The notes: a model not told the origin generated them from the sequence alone. DNA of 64,000 nt from an uncultured Bacilli bacterium (GCA_947588765.1 CANPZG010000001.1:12658-76657), one strand, 5' to 3'; positions 29,751 to 43,331 are shown, counted from the stretch's first letter. Numbers and translations are program-made.

Positions 29751-30850
29751 ATATTAATACCTTCACTATTTAAAAAGTTTAATATTATGCCGAGATAAAT
29801 AAAATAAATAATAATTGTTGAACCCCCATAACTTAAAAATGGTAAAGGTATCCCAATAATGGGAACTAAACCTAGATTCATCCCAATATTAATTATTTGT
29901 TGAAAGAAAAAAATACTAATAAAACTAATTAAAAATAGTTTTATTTTTTTCGTTTTAATTTCTTTTAATAATTTTAATAAATATAAATCAATGACCAGAT
30001 AACAAAAAAGTATAATGAATCCCGAAATAATGCCAAAGTTACCAATATTAAAAGCAAAGATAAAATCAGTTGGGGCCTCGGGAATATATAAAGTAACTTT
30101 ATTTAAACCACTACCAAATAAAGTAGAGGACCCAATAACAATTAAAGCATTTTCTAATTGATAGGAACTATTCGTGGTAAATGTAAGTAATCTTTCCACT
30201 CGATAGAAAAAACTAGTGCCAATTAATTTAATTAATAAATCTTGATTATATTTATATAAACCAATAAATAATATAACCATACTAGTTAAAATAAAAAGTA
30301 ATAATAAAAACCACCATTTACTAATTTTAGATGAGAGTAACAAACATAAAGCAATAATTAAATAAAAGATTATCGCTCCGGTATCCGGTTCTAAAAAAAC
30401 TAAGATGGAAGGAACTAAAACAATAATAAATACTTTAAAAATTAATTTTATTTCATCTTTAATATTAGTTATTTTACTATTAGCGATTATATTACTTAAA
30501 TATAGAGATAAAGTTAATTTAACTAATTCACTGGGTTGAAAAGAAAATATACCAAAATTAAACCAAGCTTTAGCCCCATTGATATCTTTTCCGACAATTA
30601 AAACTAAACCCAGTAAAATTAAAGAAAATAAATAAAAATAAAAACTGTAATTTAAAAGTTTCTTTAAATTTAATTTATTAATTAAAATAATACTTAAAAA
30701 ACCTAAAAAGTACCATAATAATTGTTTAATTAAATGATAATTATAAGTACTATCAATTAATTTCGCATTTTGCATATTAAAAAAACTAATTATCATGATA
30801 ATAAATAAAGGAATAAATAAGGGTAAATAATTTTTTCTTACAATTTTCAT
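29741..30850 (-). CDS. SEDS family protein (FtsW/RodA/SpoVE)
   Basis: Ten TM helices; C-terminal PLPFLSYGGSTII signature. Confidence 0.8.
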   Translation of the reverse strand: MKIVRKNYLPLFIPLFIIMIISFFNMQNAKLIDSTYNYHLIKQLLWYFLGFLSIILINKLNLKKLLNYSFYFYLFSLILLGLVLIVGKDINGAKAWFNFGIFSFQPSELVKLTLSLYLSNIIANSKITNIKDEIKLIFKVFIIVLVPSILVFLEPDTGAIIFYLIIALCLLLSSKISKWWFLLLLFILTSMVILFIGLYKYNQDLLIKLIGTSFFYRVERLLTFTTNSSYQLENALIVIGSSTLFGSGLNKVTLYIPEAPTDFIFAFNIGNFGIISGFIILFCYLVIDLYLLKLLKEIKTKKIKLFLISFISIFFFQQIINIGMNLGLVPIIGIPLPFLSYGGSTIIIYFIYLGIILNFLNSEGINIYR

Positions 30851-30903
30851 ACTATTAATATGTTACATTTACTAAAAATTATCATAAAATATGGTGAGGT
30901 GGA

Positions 30904-31200
30904 ATGATGGATAAATTACCTAGAGTATTTGCTAATCCAATTGGGAAAAAAATAAATAATGTGCAAGAAACTTATTATGGAAACGAAACTAGAAATATTG
31001 ATGTAAATCCTACTAATATCAATAGTAAAATCAATGAAATATTTTCATCTAAAGATCATATTTATAAAAGTAAAGTAAAAATAACTTTTAGAGATAAAGT
31101 TAGTGAAGAAGTAATAGTTGGTAAAACTAATGTTAATTTATTAACCATAGATGGGAAATTAATTAGAATTACGGAAATCGTGGATATTGAAAAAATCTAA
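30904..31200 (+). CDS. hypothetical small protein
   Basis: GGTGAGGTGG RBS; 98 aa; no family assigned. Confidence 0.4.
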   Translation: MMDKLPRVFANPIGKKINNVQETYYGNETRNIDVNPTNINSKINEIFSSKDHIYKSKVKITFRDKVSEEVIVGKTNVNLLTIDGKLIRITEIVDIEKI

Positions 31201-31203
31201 TAA

Positions 31204-31241
31204 AAAAAGTATATCATTTTATATCTTCGATATACTTTTTT
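31204..31241. terminator. bidirectional rho-independent terminator
   Basis: AAAAAGTATATC...GATATACTTTTT hairpin flanked by A- and T-runs. Overlaps the last codons of the minus-strand gene. Confidence 0.5.
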
Positions 31242-31540
31242 AATTGGCGAGCATTTTTGCCAAAGATTATTTTTAATTGGTTATCTATTTCGACAATTCC
31301 TTTAGCTCCCAGTCTTTGAATAGCTTCTTTATTAGCTAAAGATACATCTTTTAAAATAACTTTAAAACGAGACATATTATATTCGGTATTGATAATATTA
31401 TCTTTACCACCAAGATAAGTTATTAATTTATTAGCTTCAACATTAAAGTTTCTTTTATTTAGTTTAACAATAACTAAAGAAATAATAAGTAAAACTACAC
31501 CAATTATTACATATTGAATTATATTCATTAAATCCATCAC
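31214..31540 (-). CDS. membrane-anchored PTS EIIB(Glc)-like domain protein lacking the phosphorylatable Cys
   Basis: N-terminal TM. LGGKDNI...RFKVILKD...LGAKGIVEI...IIFG matches the EIIB type-1 fold, but CATR is replaced by NMSR. Confidence 0.45.
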   Translation of the reverse strand: MMDLMNIIQYVIIGVVLLIISLVIVKLNKRNFNVEANKLITYLGGKDNIINTEYNMSRFKVILKDVSLANKEAIQRLGAKGIVEIDNQLKIIFGKNARQLKKYIEDIK

Positions 31541-31671
31541 CTTTTTAATTATACTACATTTTCAGTAAAATTAAAACATCTATTAATTTTCAGAAAACCT
31601 ATGTTGGAGTAAGCACGTATTTTTTTAAGAAACATAAATTATTAGTGAGAATACATGAAAGGGTGAAAATT

Positions 31672-32118
31672 ATGAATAACAATACAAACGAACAACAAGG
31701 CAATTGTATTAATGAAATACTTTGTGTTATCTTAGTATTACAAGAAAACGCATGTCCTGATAATTGTTTACAAACTTGTGATAGACCAGTTTTAGGTGGA
31801 GGAGCTAACTGTTTAATTTGTAATACAAGACCTGTAATGCTATATTGCTGTAGTGGAAATGGAACTCCATGGAGTATGCCAATAACTAAAGATTCAACCG
31901 AAAGTTGTGCTGGTCAAGGACAAACTGCAACTTGTTCAAATGTCTTTAGAGTAGAAAAGATAGAAGGAAATTGTTGTACTTTCCGTGTTTTGGCCGAAAA
32001 TGAAGATACAACAAGTGTTTATCCATATGTTGCAACTAATGTCTTCTTCACAATGGATTGCAGTTGCTTATGTGGCATAAGATGTTTATCAGATACTTAC
32101 GTAGATTGCCTTTGTTAA
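31672..32118 (+). CDS. CotY/CotZ-family cysteine-rich spore coat protein
   Basis: About 20 Cys. VFRVEKIEGNCCTF and DCSCLCGIRCLSDTYVD parallel B. subtilis CotY FFRVEKLCDCCA / CFCAIQCLSPELVD. Confidence 0.65.
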   Translation: MNNNTNEQQGNCINEILCVILVLQENACPDNCLQTCDRPVLGGGANCLICNTRPVMLYCCSGNGTPWSMPITKDSTESCAGQGQTATCSNVFRVEKIEGNCCTFRVLAENEDTTSVYPYVATNVFFTMDCSCLCGIRCLSDTYVDCLC

Positions 32119-32120
32119 TT

Positions 32121-32146
32121 AAAAACCTCATCTGGAGGTTTTTTTC
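32121..32146 (+). terminator. rho-independent terminator
   Basis: AAAACCTC-ATCT-GGAGGTTTTTTT. Confidence 0.6.
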
Positions 32147-32225
32147 TTGCCTAAAAATAGCTATTGTTATAAATTCTACTATTTTTTAAAATATATGATA
32201 TAATTGTATTAATAAGAAGGAGTTT

Positions 32226-32873
32226 ATGATGAGTTTAAAGAAATTATTTTGGACTATTATTGTTATAGCAATACTCGGCGGAATAGGTTATGGAGTATTC
32301 TATTTTATTAAAGATAAAAATGCTTGGAAAATAGAAGTTGTTGTTGATGAACTACATGTAAGAAAAGAACATAATTTATATGAAGCCCAAGTAGGTACCA
32401 TTTATAAAGATGAAAAATATAATGTTTTAGAAATATATTTAGATGATCCAAGATATGTTTGGTATAAAATAAAACTTTCCGGTAAAGTATATGGTTGGGT
32501 TGCCAGTGGAAGAAATAATAATTATGTTAATGAAATAAATAATCCTAATGTTACAGATTATGATGAAGGAGAATCTTATAAATTAGATTATAAAAAACCA
32601 GTTGTTAAGTTTGATGATAATGTTTATATTGTTTATGATATAAAAAGTATAAATTATGATCATTTAACTATTGAAGATGAAAGTGAATATACTATAGATC
32701 ATAAAATATATTATGAAGAAAAACCAGTTGATAGTGATATTCCTCAATATTGGATTCAATATATTGTAACTGATGTTGCAGGTAATCAAACAAAAATAGT
32801 GCAACAAATAAAATTTGATATTGAACCAGACCCAAGTGAAGTATTAAGTTTTGAAAATGATTTTGAAAGATAA
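32226..32873 (+). CDS. membrane-anchored SH3b-domain protein
   Basis: TM helix, then ELHVRKEHNLYEAQVGTIYKDEKYNVL...WYKIKLSGKVYGWVASG, which is SH3_3-like. Confidence 0.45.
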   Translation: MMSLKKLFWTIIVIAILGGIGYGVFYFIKDKNAWKIEVVVDELHVRKEHNLYEAQVGTIYKDEKYNVLEIYLDDPRYVWYKIKLSGKVYGWVASGRNNNYVNEINNPNVTDYDEGESYKLDYKKPVVKFDDNVYIVYDIKSINYDHLTIEDESEYTIDHKIYYEEKPVDSDIPQYWIQYIVTDVAGNQTKIVQQIKFDIEPDPSEVLSFENDFER

Positions 32874-32987
32874 AAGTATTAATTATTGGACATTTACCAT
32901 TATTAACCAACTATATGTTACTTTACATTTTGCATATAATATTGTATAGTGTAAATGTAAAATTAATTTGAAAAGGAGTTTGATTTT

Positions 32988-34571
32988 ATGAAAAAATTAC
33001 CATTATGGGCAATGAAAGGATTAATTGTAGGATCAAGTGCTGCTGTTGTCGCTGGTACTTGTGCTATAGCAATTAATGTTAATAATTCATTTAAAGCAAG
33101 TAATGAAAGCAAAGTAAGTCTTGTGGAAAATGAAGTTATGGAAGCTCAAAAAACTAAAGAATTAGAAGAAGCTGAAAAAGAAGTTAATGAATCTAACGCA
33201 GAATTTGAAGAAGCTACTAAAGAATTAGAAAAGGCAACGAAAGAACATGAAAATGCTAAAAATGAAGCTGTTGCTGCTGAAGAAGCTTTCAATAAGGCTG
33301 AAGAAGCTCAAAAAAAGGCTGAAGATGCAGTTCAAAATGCCAAAACCGAAGAAGAAAGAAAAATTGCTTTAGAAGAAGTTGAGAAAGCAAAAGAAGTTGT
33401 AACTAAAGCAAAATCAGCAAAAGAAGAAGCTACTACTAAAGTTAAAAATGCGGAAAATGCTGTTACAAAAGCCGACAATAATAAAAAGGCAGCTGAACAA
33501 AGAGCTCAAAAAGCTGATGAGAATAAAAAAACTTTAGAAGAAGAAATAGAAAAAACTCAAGAAAAAGCTCCTGAAACTTCTAATAAAACTACAACTACTA
33601 CGGAATCAACTGTAATAGAAAATAAAAACAATAAAAGCGTTGAAAAAGAAAATGAAAATCAAGTAAATACTACCCAAGAAAACAAAACTGATACTGAAGA
33701 AAGTAAAGTAGATAAAATGGCAGTTAATGCTATAATTAATGCTGTAAAGAATAGCCAAAATGCTAAATCTTTAACAGTTTATGATATTACTAACAAGTGG
33801 GCAAAAGAATATAATAAAAATAGTAATACGGAATTAATCACTTATTATAGTGGTTCTAGTGCCTCTAATGGTAGATCTGGGGTATTATACTCTTATACAA
33901 GTAAACCAAATGGTACTAATAGTACAGAAAAACAAAAATCATTATTTAGAGCAATGTCGACATCTATTTGGTCTATTCCAAATGCCGCTAGTATTAAAGC
34001 TAATGTCGAAGCTTGGGAAATGCAATTCAGTGGTAAAAGAACTGTTGGCGTTTCAGAATTAAATTTAATTGAAAAAGGCATTGAAGATGCAACGTTATAT
34101 ACAAATGCTGCTAGTTTAGTAACAAACAGTGCGACTTCATTATTACAAAATGTTTCATATTATAAAGTACAATTATGTAAAATAAATGTAATAAAATGGT
34201 TAAGTACTTACTATAATACCAATAATGTTACTAATCTTAATAATTTAAAAACGGACTCTATAGAAATAATTGTTGGTATATCAGGTGGTTATGTAACTTA
34301 TATTTCCAATGTTAACAATAATAATACCAAAGGATTTGAAATAATGGTCGGTCAAAATGGCCATGTTACAGCAGGAAAATTCTTAAAATTTGAAGTAGTC
34401 TTAACTAATGCTAATAATACGGTAGTTCCTACTGTTGATGAAATTGGCTTAAGCTCTGATTCCGTTGAAAAATTGGAAGAAGAGTATAAAGCTCACTATG
34501 GTTGTAAAAAAGAGTGGGTTTATGGCGATGAAAAATATGGAGATTATTACTACTGGGTTTGTACTCCATAA
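32988..34571 (+). CDS. surface protein with Ala/Glu/Lys-rich coiled-coil and C-terminal globular domain
   Basis: Signal/TM, ~170-aa EEAxKxAE-type repeats, Thr-rich linker, C-terminal domain ending with a Cys pair. Confidence 0.45.
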   Translation: MKKLPLWAMKGLIVGSSAAVVAGTCAIAINVNNSFKASNESKVSLVENEVMEAQKTKELEEAEKEVNESNAEFEEATKELEKATKEHENAKNEAVAAEEAFNKAEEAQKKAEDAVQNAKTEEERKIALEEVEKAKEVVTKAKSAKEEATTKVKNAENAVTKADNNKKAAEQRAQKADENKKTLEEEIEKTQEKAPETSNKTTTTTESTVIENKNNKSVEKENENQVNTTQENKTDTEESKVDKMAVNAIINAVKNSQNAKSLTVYDITNKWAKEYNKNSNTELITYYSGSSASNGRSGVLYSYTSKPNGTNSTEKQKSLFRAMSTSIWSIPNAASIKANVEAWEMQFSGKRTVGVSELNLIEKGIEDATLYTNAASLVTNSATSLLQNVSYYKVQLCKINVIKWLSTYYNTNNVTNLNNLKTDSIEIIVGISGGYVTYISNVNNNNTKGFEIMVGQNGHVTAGKFLKFEVVLTNANNTVVPTVDEIGLSSDSVEKLEEEYKAHYGCKKEWVYGDEKYGDYYYWVCTP

Positions 34572-34653
34572 ATAATATTTAAAATTGAAGGATAGAGAAA
34601 AATAATTCTTTATCCTTTTTAATTTATATATTATAATTATCTTGGTGATAGTA

Positions 34654-35859
34654 ATGAAGAAAATAGTATTTGTCTTAGTTTTATTTTTTAGTGTTTTTTC
34701 TGTTAAAGCAGTAGAATTTGATTTAAAATCTACTAATGCTATTTTTTATAATTTAGATGAAGATACTATTCTTTATGAAAAAAATAGTGATGAAAAAGTT
34801 GCTATAGCCTCTTTAACTAAAATTATGACAGCTATTGTATCAGTCGAAAATATTGATTCTTTAGAGGAAAAAGTTACTTTAGTAAAGAAAGATTTTGATA
34901 CTTTAGTAGAAAATAATGCTTCAGTTGCTGGTTTTAAAGTTAATGAAGAAGTTACTTATGAAGATTTATTGTATGGTTTACTTCTTCCAAGTGGAGCTGA
35001 TGCAGCACAAGCTTTGACCAGACTTATCGCAGGAAATGAAGAAAATTTTGTTAAATTAATGAATGAAAAAGCCCAAGAATTAGGTATGGAAAATACCTTA
35101 TTTACTAATGAAACAGGTTTAGATATAAATAATCCTTATTCGACAGTGAAAGATGTTGCGACAATGTTTAAATATGCTTTAGATAATCCTACTATTAGAA
35201 AAATAATAACCTCTAAAAGTTATACAACCTCTGATGGTTCACTAAAGTTATTTAGTACAGTGGCATCTTCTATAGCCTCAGTTGGTAATATGGATTATGT
35301 TCTCGGGGGTAAAACAGGTACAACCTCGAAGGCTGGTAGATGTTTAGCTACTATCGCTGAATTTAATGATAATAATTATTTATTAGTTACAGTTGGAGCA
35401 CCAATGATAAATACTCCTTATAATGTTATAGATCAAAGAACTATATATGAATACTTTTTTACCAATTATGATATGCATACAATATATAAAAAAGAAGATA
35501 CTTTATTGGAATTAGAAACAGAATATGCTGATAAAGATAGAATAACAATTCATCCTCAAGAAGATGTTGAAGTTTATTTAAAAAATAATTATAATCGGGA
35601 AGATCTTAGATTAGATTATGAAGGTGCCAATATTGTTTCTTATAATACTAAAAAGGGTGAAAAACTAGGTGATATAACAATTAGTTATGAAGATGAAGCA
35701 GTTAAAACTATTCCCATTTATCTTGATGAAGAACTACATTTTGATTTTCTAAAATACATAACAAAGCATTATGAATATGCTATTGCTGGTGGTGTTGTCG
35801 TAATCGGAGGAAGTGCTATTTTAATAAAAACTTTTAAGGCTAAAAGAAAAAAGATTTAG
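34654..35859 (+). CDS. D-alanyl-D-alanine carboxypeptidase (S11 family)
   Basis: Signal peptide; SxxK (ASLTKIM), SGAD (SxN-like) and KTGTT motifs. Confidence 0.75.
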   Translation: MKKIVFVLVLFFSVFSVKAVEFDLKSTNAIFYNLDEDTILYEKNSDEKVAIASLTKIMTAIVSVENIDSLEEKVTLVKKDFDTLVENNASVAGFKVNEEVTYEDLLYGLLLPSGADAAQALTRLIAGNEENFVKLMNEKAQELGMENTLFTNETGLDINNPYSTVKDVATMFKYALDNPTIRKIITSKSYTTSDGSLKLFSTVASSIASVGNMDYVLGGKTGTTSKAGRCLATIAEFNDNNYLLVTVGAPMINTPYNVIDQRTIYEYFFTNYDMHTIYKKEDTLLELETEYADKDRITIHPQEDVEVYLKNNYNREDLRLDYEGANIVSYNTKKGEKLGDITISYEDEAVKTIPIYLDEELHFDFLKYITKHYEYAIAGGVVVIGGSAILIKTFKAKRKKI

Positions 35860-35912
35860 CCTTTTATAACGACTACAAATTTGATATAATATTACTATAG
35901 TTGGAGGAAAAA

Positions 35913-37994
35913 ATGAAGATAACAGAAGGTCTTAATATTAGACAAAAAGAAGCTGTAGAACATATCACGGGGCCTTGTTTAGTTTTAGCAGGAGCAGGAT
36001 CTGGAAAAACTAAAGTATTAACAACCAGAATTGCCAACTTAATTGAACATGGAATATATTCTTCACATATTTTAGCCATAACTTTTACTAATAAAGCGGC
36101 CAAAGAAATGAAAGATAGATTATTTAAATTAATTGGGGATAATTCGGCATTTGTCGGAACATTTCATTCTTTTGGTTTAAGAATAATCAAAGAAAATTTT
36201 AAAGAATTTGGTTTAAAAAGTAATTTTTCCATTGTCGATAGTGAAGATGTTAATACGATAATTAGAAAAATTATGAAAGAATTAAATATTAATTCAAAAG
36301 AAGTATCAATTGGTTATGTTAAAAATAGAATTAGTTTTATTAAAAATGAAATGTTAAGTATATCTGATGTCAATAGATTATTTATTACGCCAATTGATAA
36401 ATTAGTTAGTGAAATATATCGTAAATATGATGCAACTTTAAAAAATAATAATACTGTAGATTTTGATGATTTATTAAAATTACCCGTAGAATTATTTAAA
36501 AATAATGATGAAATATTAGATAAATATCAAGAAAGATATCAATATATATTAGTTGATGAGTATCAAGATACTAATGAAGTACAATATCAATTAATTAAAT
36601 TATTAAGTAGTAAATATCGTAATATTTTTGTGGTGGGTGATCACAATCAGGCTATCTATGGCTTCCGCTGGTCAAATTATAAAAATATTTTAAATTTTGA
36701 AAAAGATTATCCGGATGCTTTAACAGTAACTTTAAATCAAAATTATCGCAGTACAACTACAATTTTAGATGCGGCAAATAATGTCATAAAAAATAATAAT
36801 GAAAGAAAAGATTTAGAGTTATTTAGTGATTTAGGTAAAGGCTTAAAAATAAAATATTTTCGAGCTTATGATGAAAAACAAGAAATTACTTTAATAATTG
36901 AAGAAATCAAGAAATTATTACAAGAAGGTAATAGTTATAATGATATTGCGATACTTTATCGAACAAATGGTCAAGCGAGAATTATTGAAGAAGGAATTAA
37001 TAATGCGCGTTTTCCTTATCGCATTGTGGGTAGTTATTATTTCTATAAAAGAAAAGAAATTAAAGACTTAATTGCTTATTTAAAATTAATATCTAATCAT
37101 GATGATGAAGTATCTTTAAGAAGAATAATTAATGAACCAAAAAGAGGAATAGGTACTAAATCTTTAGATGATTTAGGTAAAATTGCTACTACTGAAGGAA
37201 TAAGTTTATTTAATGCTTTGAATAAACCTAAAGAAGTAGAGTTTAAAAATTTGATTTTAGAATTAACTAAAGATAGTGAAAATGCTAGTTTAACCGAATT
37301 AATTGATTTGATTTTAGAAAAATCTGGTATGAAAAAAGAACTTGAAGATAATGCGTCATTAGAAAATGAAATTAGATTAGAAAACTTAATGGAATTTAGA
37401 AGTATTACCGAAAACTATCAAAATGAAGTTGGGGGTGTAAATCTAGAAGATTTCTTAGACGAAATAAGTATTGTTAGTGATATGAGTGAACATAAAGATG
37501 TAAGTAATGCTATCACTTTAATGACAATGCATTCAGCAAAAGGATTAGAATTTAAAAACGTTTTTCTTGCTGGTATGGAAGAAAATATTATGCCCCATAG
37601 TATGTCTTTACAAGAAGAAAATGGGCTTGAAGAAGAAAGAAGATTATGTTATGTGGCCATAACTAGAGCTAAGGAAAGATTATATTTGAGTAATGCCAAA
37701 AGAAGAATGCTATTTGGTAATACCCAAAATAATTCACCCAGTAGATTTATCACCGAAATTGATGATAGTTTAATTGATAAAGTAAATATGGATAACGAAC
37801 CAAAGAAATTTGAAAAACAAGAATACTATGAAGAAGATGGTAAGACTTATCACAAGGGCGATATTGTTATTCATATGAGTTATGGGCGCGGTGTAGTTAT
37901 AGATTTTGATGAAAAATTCGTAACGATAGCTTTTAATAAAAGATTTGGGGTTAAAAAAATCTTAAGTAATTATAAAGGTTTAAAGAAGGAGTAA
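35913..37994 (+). CDS. pcrA: ATP-dependent DNA helicase PcrA/UvrD
   Basis: AGAGSGKTKVLTTRIA Walker A, DEYQDTN and the remaining superfamily-1 motifs; 694 aa. Confidence 0.9.
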   Translation: MKITEGLNIRQKEAVEHITGPCLVLAGAGSGKTKVLTTRIANLIEHGIYSSHILAITFTNKAAKEMKDRLFKLIGDNSAFVGTFHSFGLRIIKENFKEFGLKSNFSIVDSEDVNTIIRKIMKELNINSKEVSIGYVKNRISFIKNEMLSISDVNRLFITPIDKLVSEIYRKYDATLKNNNTVDFDDLLKLPVELFKNNDEILDKYQERYQYILVDEYQDTNEVQYQLIKLLSSKYRNIFVVGDHNQAIYGFRWSNYKNILNFEKDYPDALTVTLNQNYRSTTTILDAANNVIKNNNERKDLELFSDLGKGLKIKYFRAYDEKQEITLIIEEIKKLLQEGNSYNDIAILYRTNGQARIIEEGINNARFPYRIVGSYYFYKRKEIKDLIAYLKLISNHDDEVSLRRIINEPKRGIGTKSLDDLGKIATTEGISLFNALNKPKEVEFKNLILELTKDSENASLTELIDLILEKSGMKKELEDNASLENEIRLENLMEFRSITENYQNEVGGVNLEDFLDEISIVSDMSEHKDVSNAITLMTMHSAKGLEFKNVFLAGMEENIMPHSMSLQEENGLEEERRLCYVAITRAKERLYLSNAKRRMLFGNTQNNSPSRFITEIDDSLIDKVNMDNEPKKFEKQEYYEEDGKTYHKGDIVIHMSYGRGVVIDFDEKFVTIAFNKRFGVKKILSNYKGLKKE

Positions 37995-38000
37995 TGATAT

Positions 38001-40879
<2,879 letters not shown>

Positions 40880-40984
40880 GAGATGACTAAGTTCATCTTT
40901 TTTGATTTTTAAAAAGATAAAGGCAAAAGTTTAAAAAAACATTGGTTTATGATATAATACAGCTAATAGGAGGTTTTGTTCGTT

Positions 40985-42280
40985 ATGGATATAAATGAAA
41001 TAGAAAAAAAAGAAAAAGTAATCAAAGAAAAGGAACTTATTAAAAGATTTTATGATGAATTTGATGAAAAGGATGAAAAACTTATAATATTACCTAAATT
41101 GAACCTAAGATATGGTACTACAAGGCATTTTTATGGTATATTTTCTAATAAAAACATTGGGTACGATTATGCATCAAGGCCATATTTTTTATATTATTCT
41201 AGAAAATTTTTAGAGTATGCTTGTACTGGTGAAATTCGAAAAATAAATAATACTTGGGTTCAAAGTGATAAACATACAATAATATTGGGAAAAGAATTTC
41301 TTGATGTTTTTAGTGATTTACTAGATTGGGCATTGAACATTGTTAAATTGGAAAGAGATTTTGCAAGTTTTGTTAACTGGCCAATACAAAATTATATTAA
41401 TTCTTATAATGCAAATTTTTCTCCTATTAAAGGACATCTCGATGCCGACAGTTTACTTTTAGGCCCAGATTGTCTAGTATATGGAGATAAATTATTTAAA
41501 GAATTTTTTATAAACTCTAATGTTGGATTTACATTCTCAATACCAATGTTTGTTAAAAATGTTGAAATTGCCAGTGGTGTAGATATAAAACCATTTATTC
41601 AAAAAGTTTTAAAATGGTATAAAGAACCAAAAACAAATAATCAAGTTTTTAGATGCGTATTAGCCTTTTTAGCGGTTCAAGTAAGTTATTATCTAGGGGA
41701 GTATTTTACCAAAGAAGAATTAAAAATAATTGAAGGATGGACAAATGAATGCTTTATTTCTCCTTCAATGATTGGTTCGACAATAAATTATTCATATGCT
41801 AAATATATTCCAAGTGCCAATATTAAATTACACCAAGAAACACTTGAAAAATATGCTCTTATTGGTAAAGATAAAAGAAAATATAATATTGAAGCAAAGT
41901 ATTTATATAGATTTGCTCTTGAATGTATTGATAAAGTAGATTTAGAATCTATTATTGAAGTTCTTTATGATTGTAAAAGAGATGATTTGGTAAACTCTTT
42001 AATGCAAGCAATTAAAGAAAAAAGTAATATAACTAGTAATACTGAAAATGTAGCCAAATCTAATGATACTTTAGAATTTAAATATAATAGTTTTAAAGAA
42101 TTTCTTGATACATTAAATGAAGAAGAAGCCAAAATTATAAGTTTAAAGTTTTTAAACATGGATGAAGAAATGATTTCTTCAAATATAAATATACCTCTAG
42201 AAACAGTAAGAGAGATTTACAGTAATATAGAAAATAATATGTATAAAATAAAAGGTAATTCCCGAAAAAGAGAAAAATAA
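40985..42280 (+). CDS. hypothetical protein with C-terminal sigma-70 region-4-like HTH
   Basis: The last ~60 aa (EEAKIISLKFLNMDEEMISSNINIPLETVREIYSNIENNMYKI) resemble sigma-70 region 4 / LuxR-type HTH. The preceding ~350 aa are unassigned. Confidence 0.4.
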   Translation: MDINEIEKKEKVIKEKELIKRFYDEFDEKDEKLIILPKLNLRYGTTRHFYGIFSNKNIGYDYASRPYFLYYSRKFLEYACTGEIRKINNTWVQSDKHTIILGKEFLDVFSDLLDWALNIVKLERDFASFVNWPIQNYINSYNANFSPIKGHLDADSLLLGPDCLVYGDKLFKEFFINSNVGFTFSIPMFVKNVEIASGVDIKPFIQKVLKWYKEPKTNNQVFRCVLAFLAVQVSYYLGEYFTKEELKIIEGWTNECFISPSMIGSTINYSYAKYIPSANIKLHQETLEKYALIGKDKRKYNIEAKYLYRFALECIDKVDLESIIEVLYDCKRDDLVNSLMQAIKEKSNITSNTENVAKSNDTLEFKYNSFKEFLDTLNEEEAKIISLKFLNMDEEMISSNINIPLETVREIYSNIENNMYKIKGNSRKREK

Positions 42281-42332
42281 AGACTTTTTATAAAAAATTT
42301 GGTACAATGTTAGATAGAAAGGTTGTGTTTTT

Positions 42333-42701
42333 ATGTTAAAAGAATTTAAACAATTTATTGCTCGGGGAAATGTATTAGACTTAGCGGTTGGTGTTATTGT
42401 CGGAGGTGCTTTTTCAGCCATAATAACTAGTTTAGTTAATAATATATTTACTCCGATTATTGGTCTTATTCTTGGGGGTGTTGATTTTTCTAATCTATCG
42501 ATTAAATTTAAAGATGCTGAAATTATGTATGGTGCATTTATTCAAAGTGTAATTGACTTTTTAATTGTGGCTTTTTGTTTATTCTTAGTCGTAAAATTTG
42601 TTAACAAAGTAACACATAAGAAAAAAGAAGAACCAAAAAGAATAGAAAAGACTCCTGAATTAAAAACTCTTGAAGAAATTAGAGATTTATTAAAGAAATG
42701 A
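42333..42701 (+). CDS. mscL: large-conductance mechanosensitive channel
   Basis: [27 protein letters not shown]. Confidence 0.9.
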   Translation: MLKEFKQFIARGNVLDLAVGVIVGGAFSAIITSLVNNIFTPIIGLILGGVDFSNLSIKFKDAEIMYGAFIQSVIDFLIVAFCLFLVVKFVNKVTHKKKEEPKRIEKTPELKTLEEIRDLLKK

Positions 42702-43330
42702 AATATACTTTCCCAGATGGAATAACAATTGAATGTGAAATAATTAGGAAAAATAATAAAAATATTTATTTCCGTTTTAAAGATGATTTAAAATTATATA
42801 TTACAGCCCCAATGTATTTAAGCCAAAGAAGTATTGAAAAGTTACTAAAAGAAAATAATGATGCGATATATAATATGTATCTAAAAATGGAAGACAAAGT
42901 TAAAGATGATGATAAATTCTTAATATTAGGTAAAAAGTATTATATTGTGGTAGATGAAAATCTAGATAAAATTACTTTTAAAGAAAAAGAAGTTTTTACG
43001 CCAAGTAGAGAAGCTTTAGATAAATATTTAAATACCGAAATGTTAAGAGTTTATAATGAAGAGATGGAACTAGCCAAAAAATGTTTTGCTAATTTACCTG
43101 ATTTTACAGTAAGAACTAGAAAAATGACTACTAGATGGGGTGTAAATGATACGAAAAAGAAAATAATTACGCTTAATACCGAATTAATAAAACACGATAT
43201 TAAAGCGATAGATTATGTAATTATTCATGAATTATGTCATTTTTTTGAACCTAATCATAGTAAGAATTTTTGGCATTTAGTATCTCTCGCGTGTCCTAAT
43301 TATAAAGAAATAAGAAAGAGTTTAAGATAA
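42698..43330 (+). CDS. YgjP-like M48 metallohydrolase (DUF45)
   Basis: [18 protein letters not shown] (HExxH, WLM-like). Confidence 0.6.
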   Translation: MKYTFPDGITIECEIIRKNNKNIYFRFKDDLKLYITAPMYLSQRSIEKLLKENNDAIYNMYLKMEDKVKDDDKFLILGKKYYIVVDENLDKITFKEKEVFTPSREALDKYLNTEMLRVYNEEMELAKKCFANLPDFTVRTRKMTTRWGVNDTKKKIITLNTELIKHDIKAIDYVIIHELCHFFEPNHSKNFWHLVSLACPNYKEIRKSLR

Positions 43331-43331
43331 G

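Noticed and set aside
33120-33600. DNA-level tandem repeat in the surface-protein gene
   Set aside because: The repetitiveness is at the protein level (Ala/Glu/Lys coiled-coil heptads). The DNA units are not exact repeats.
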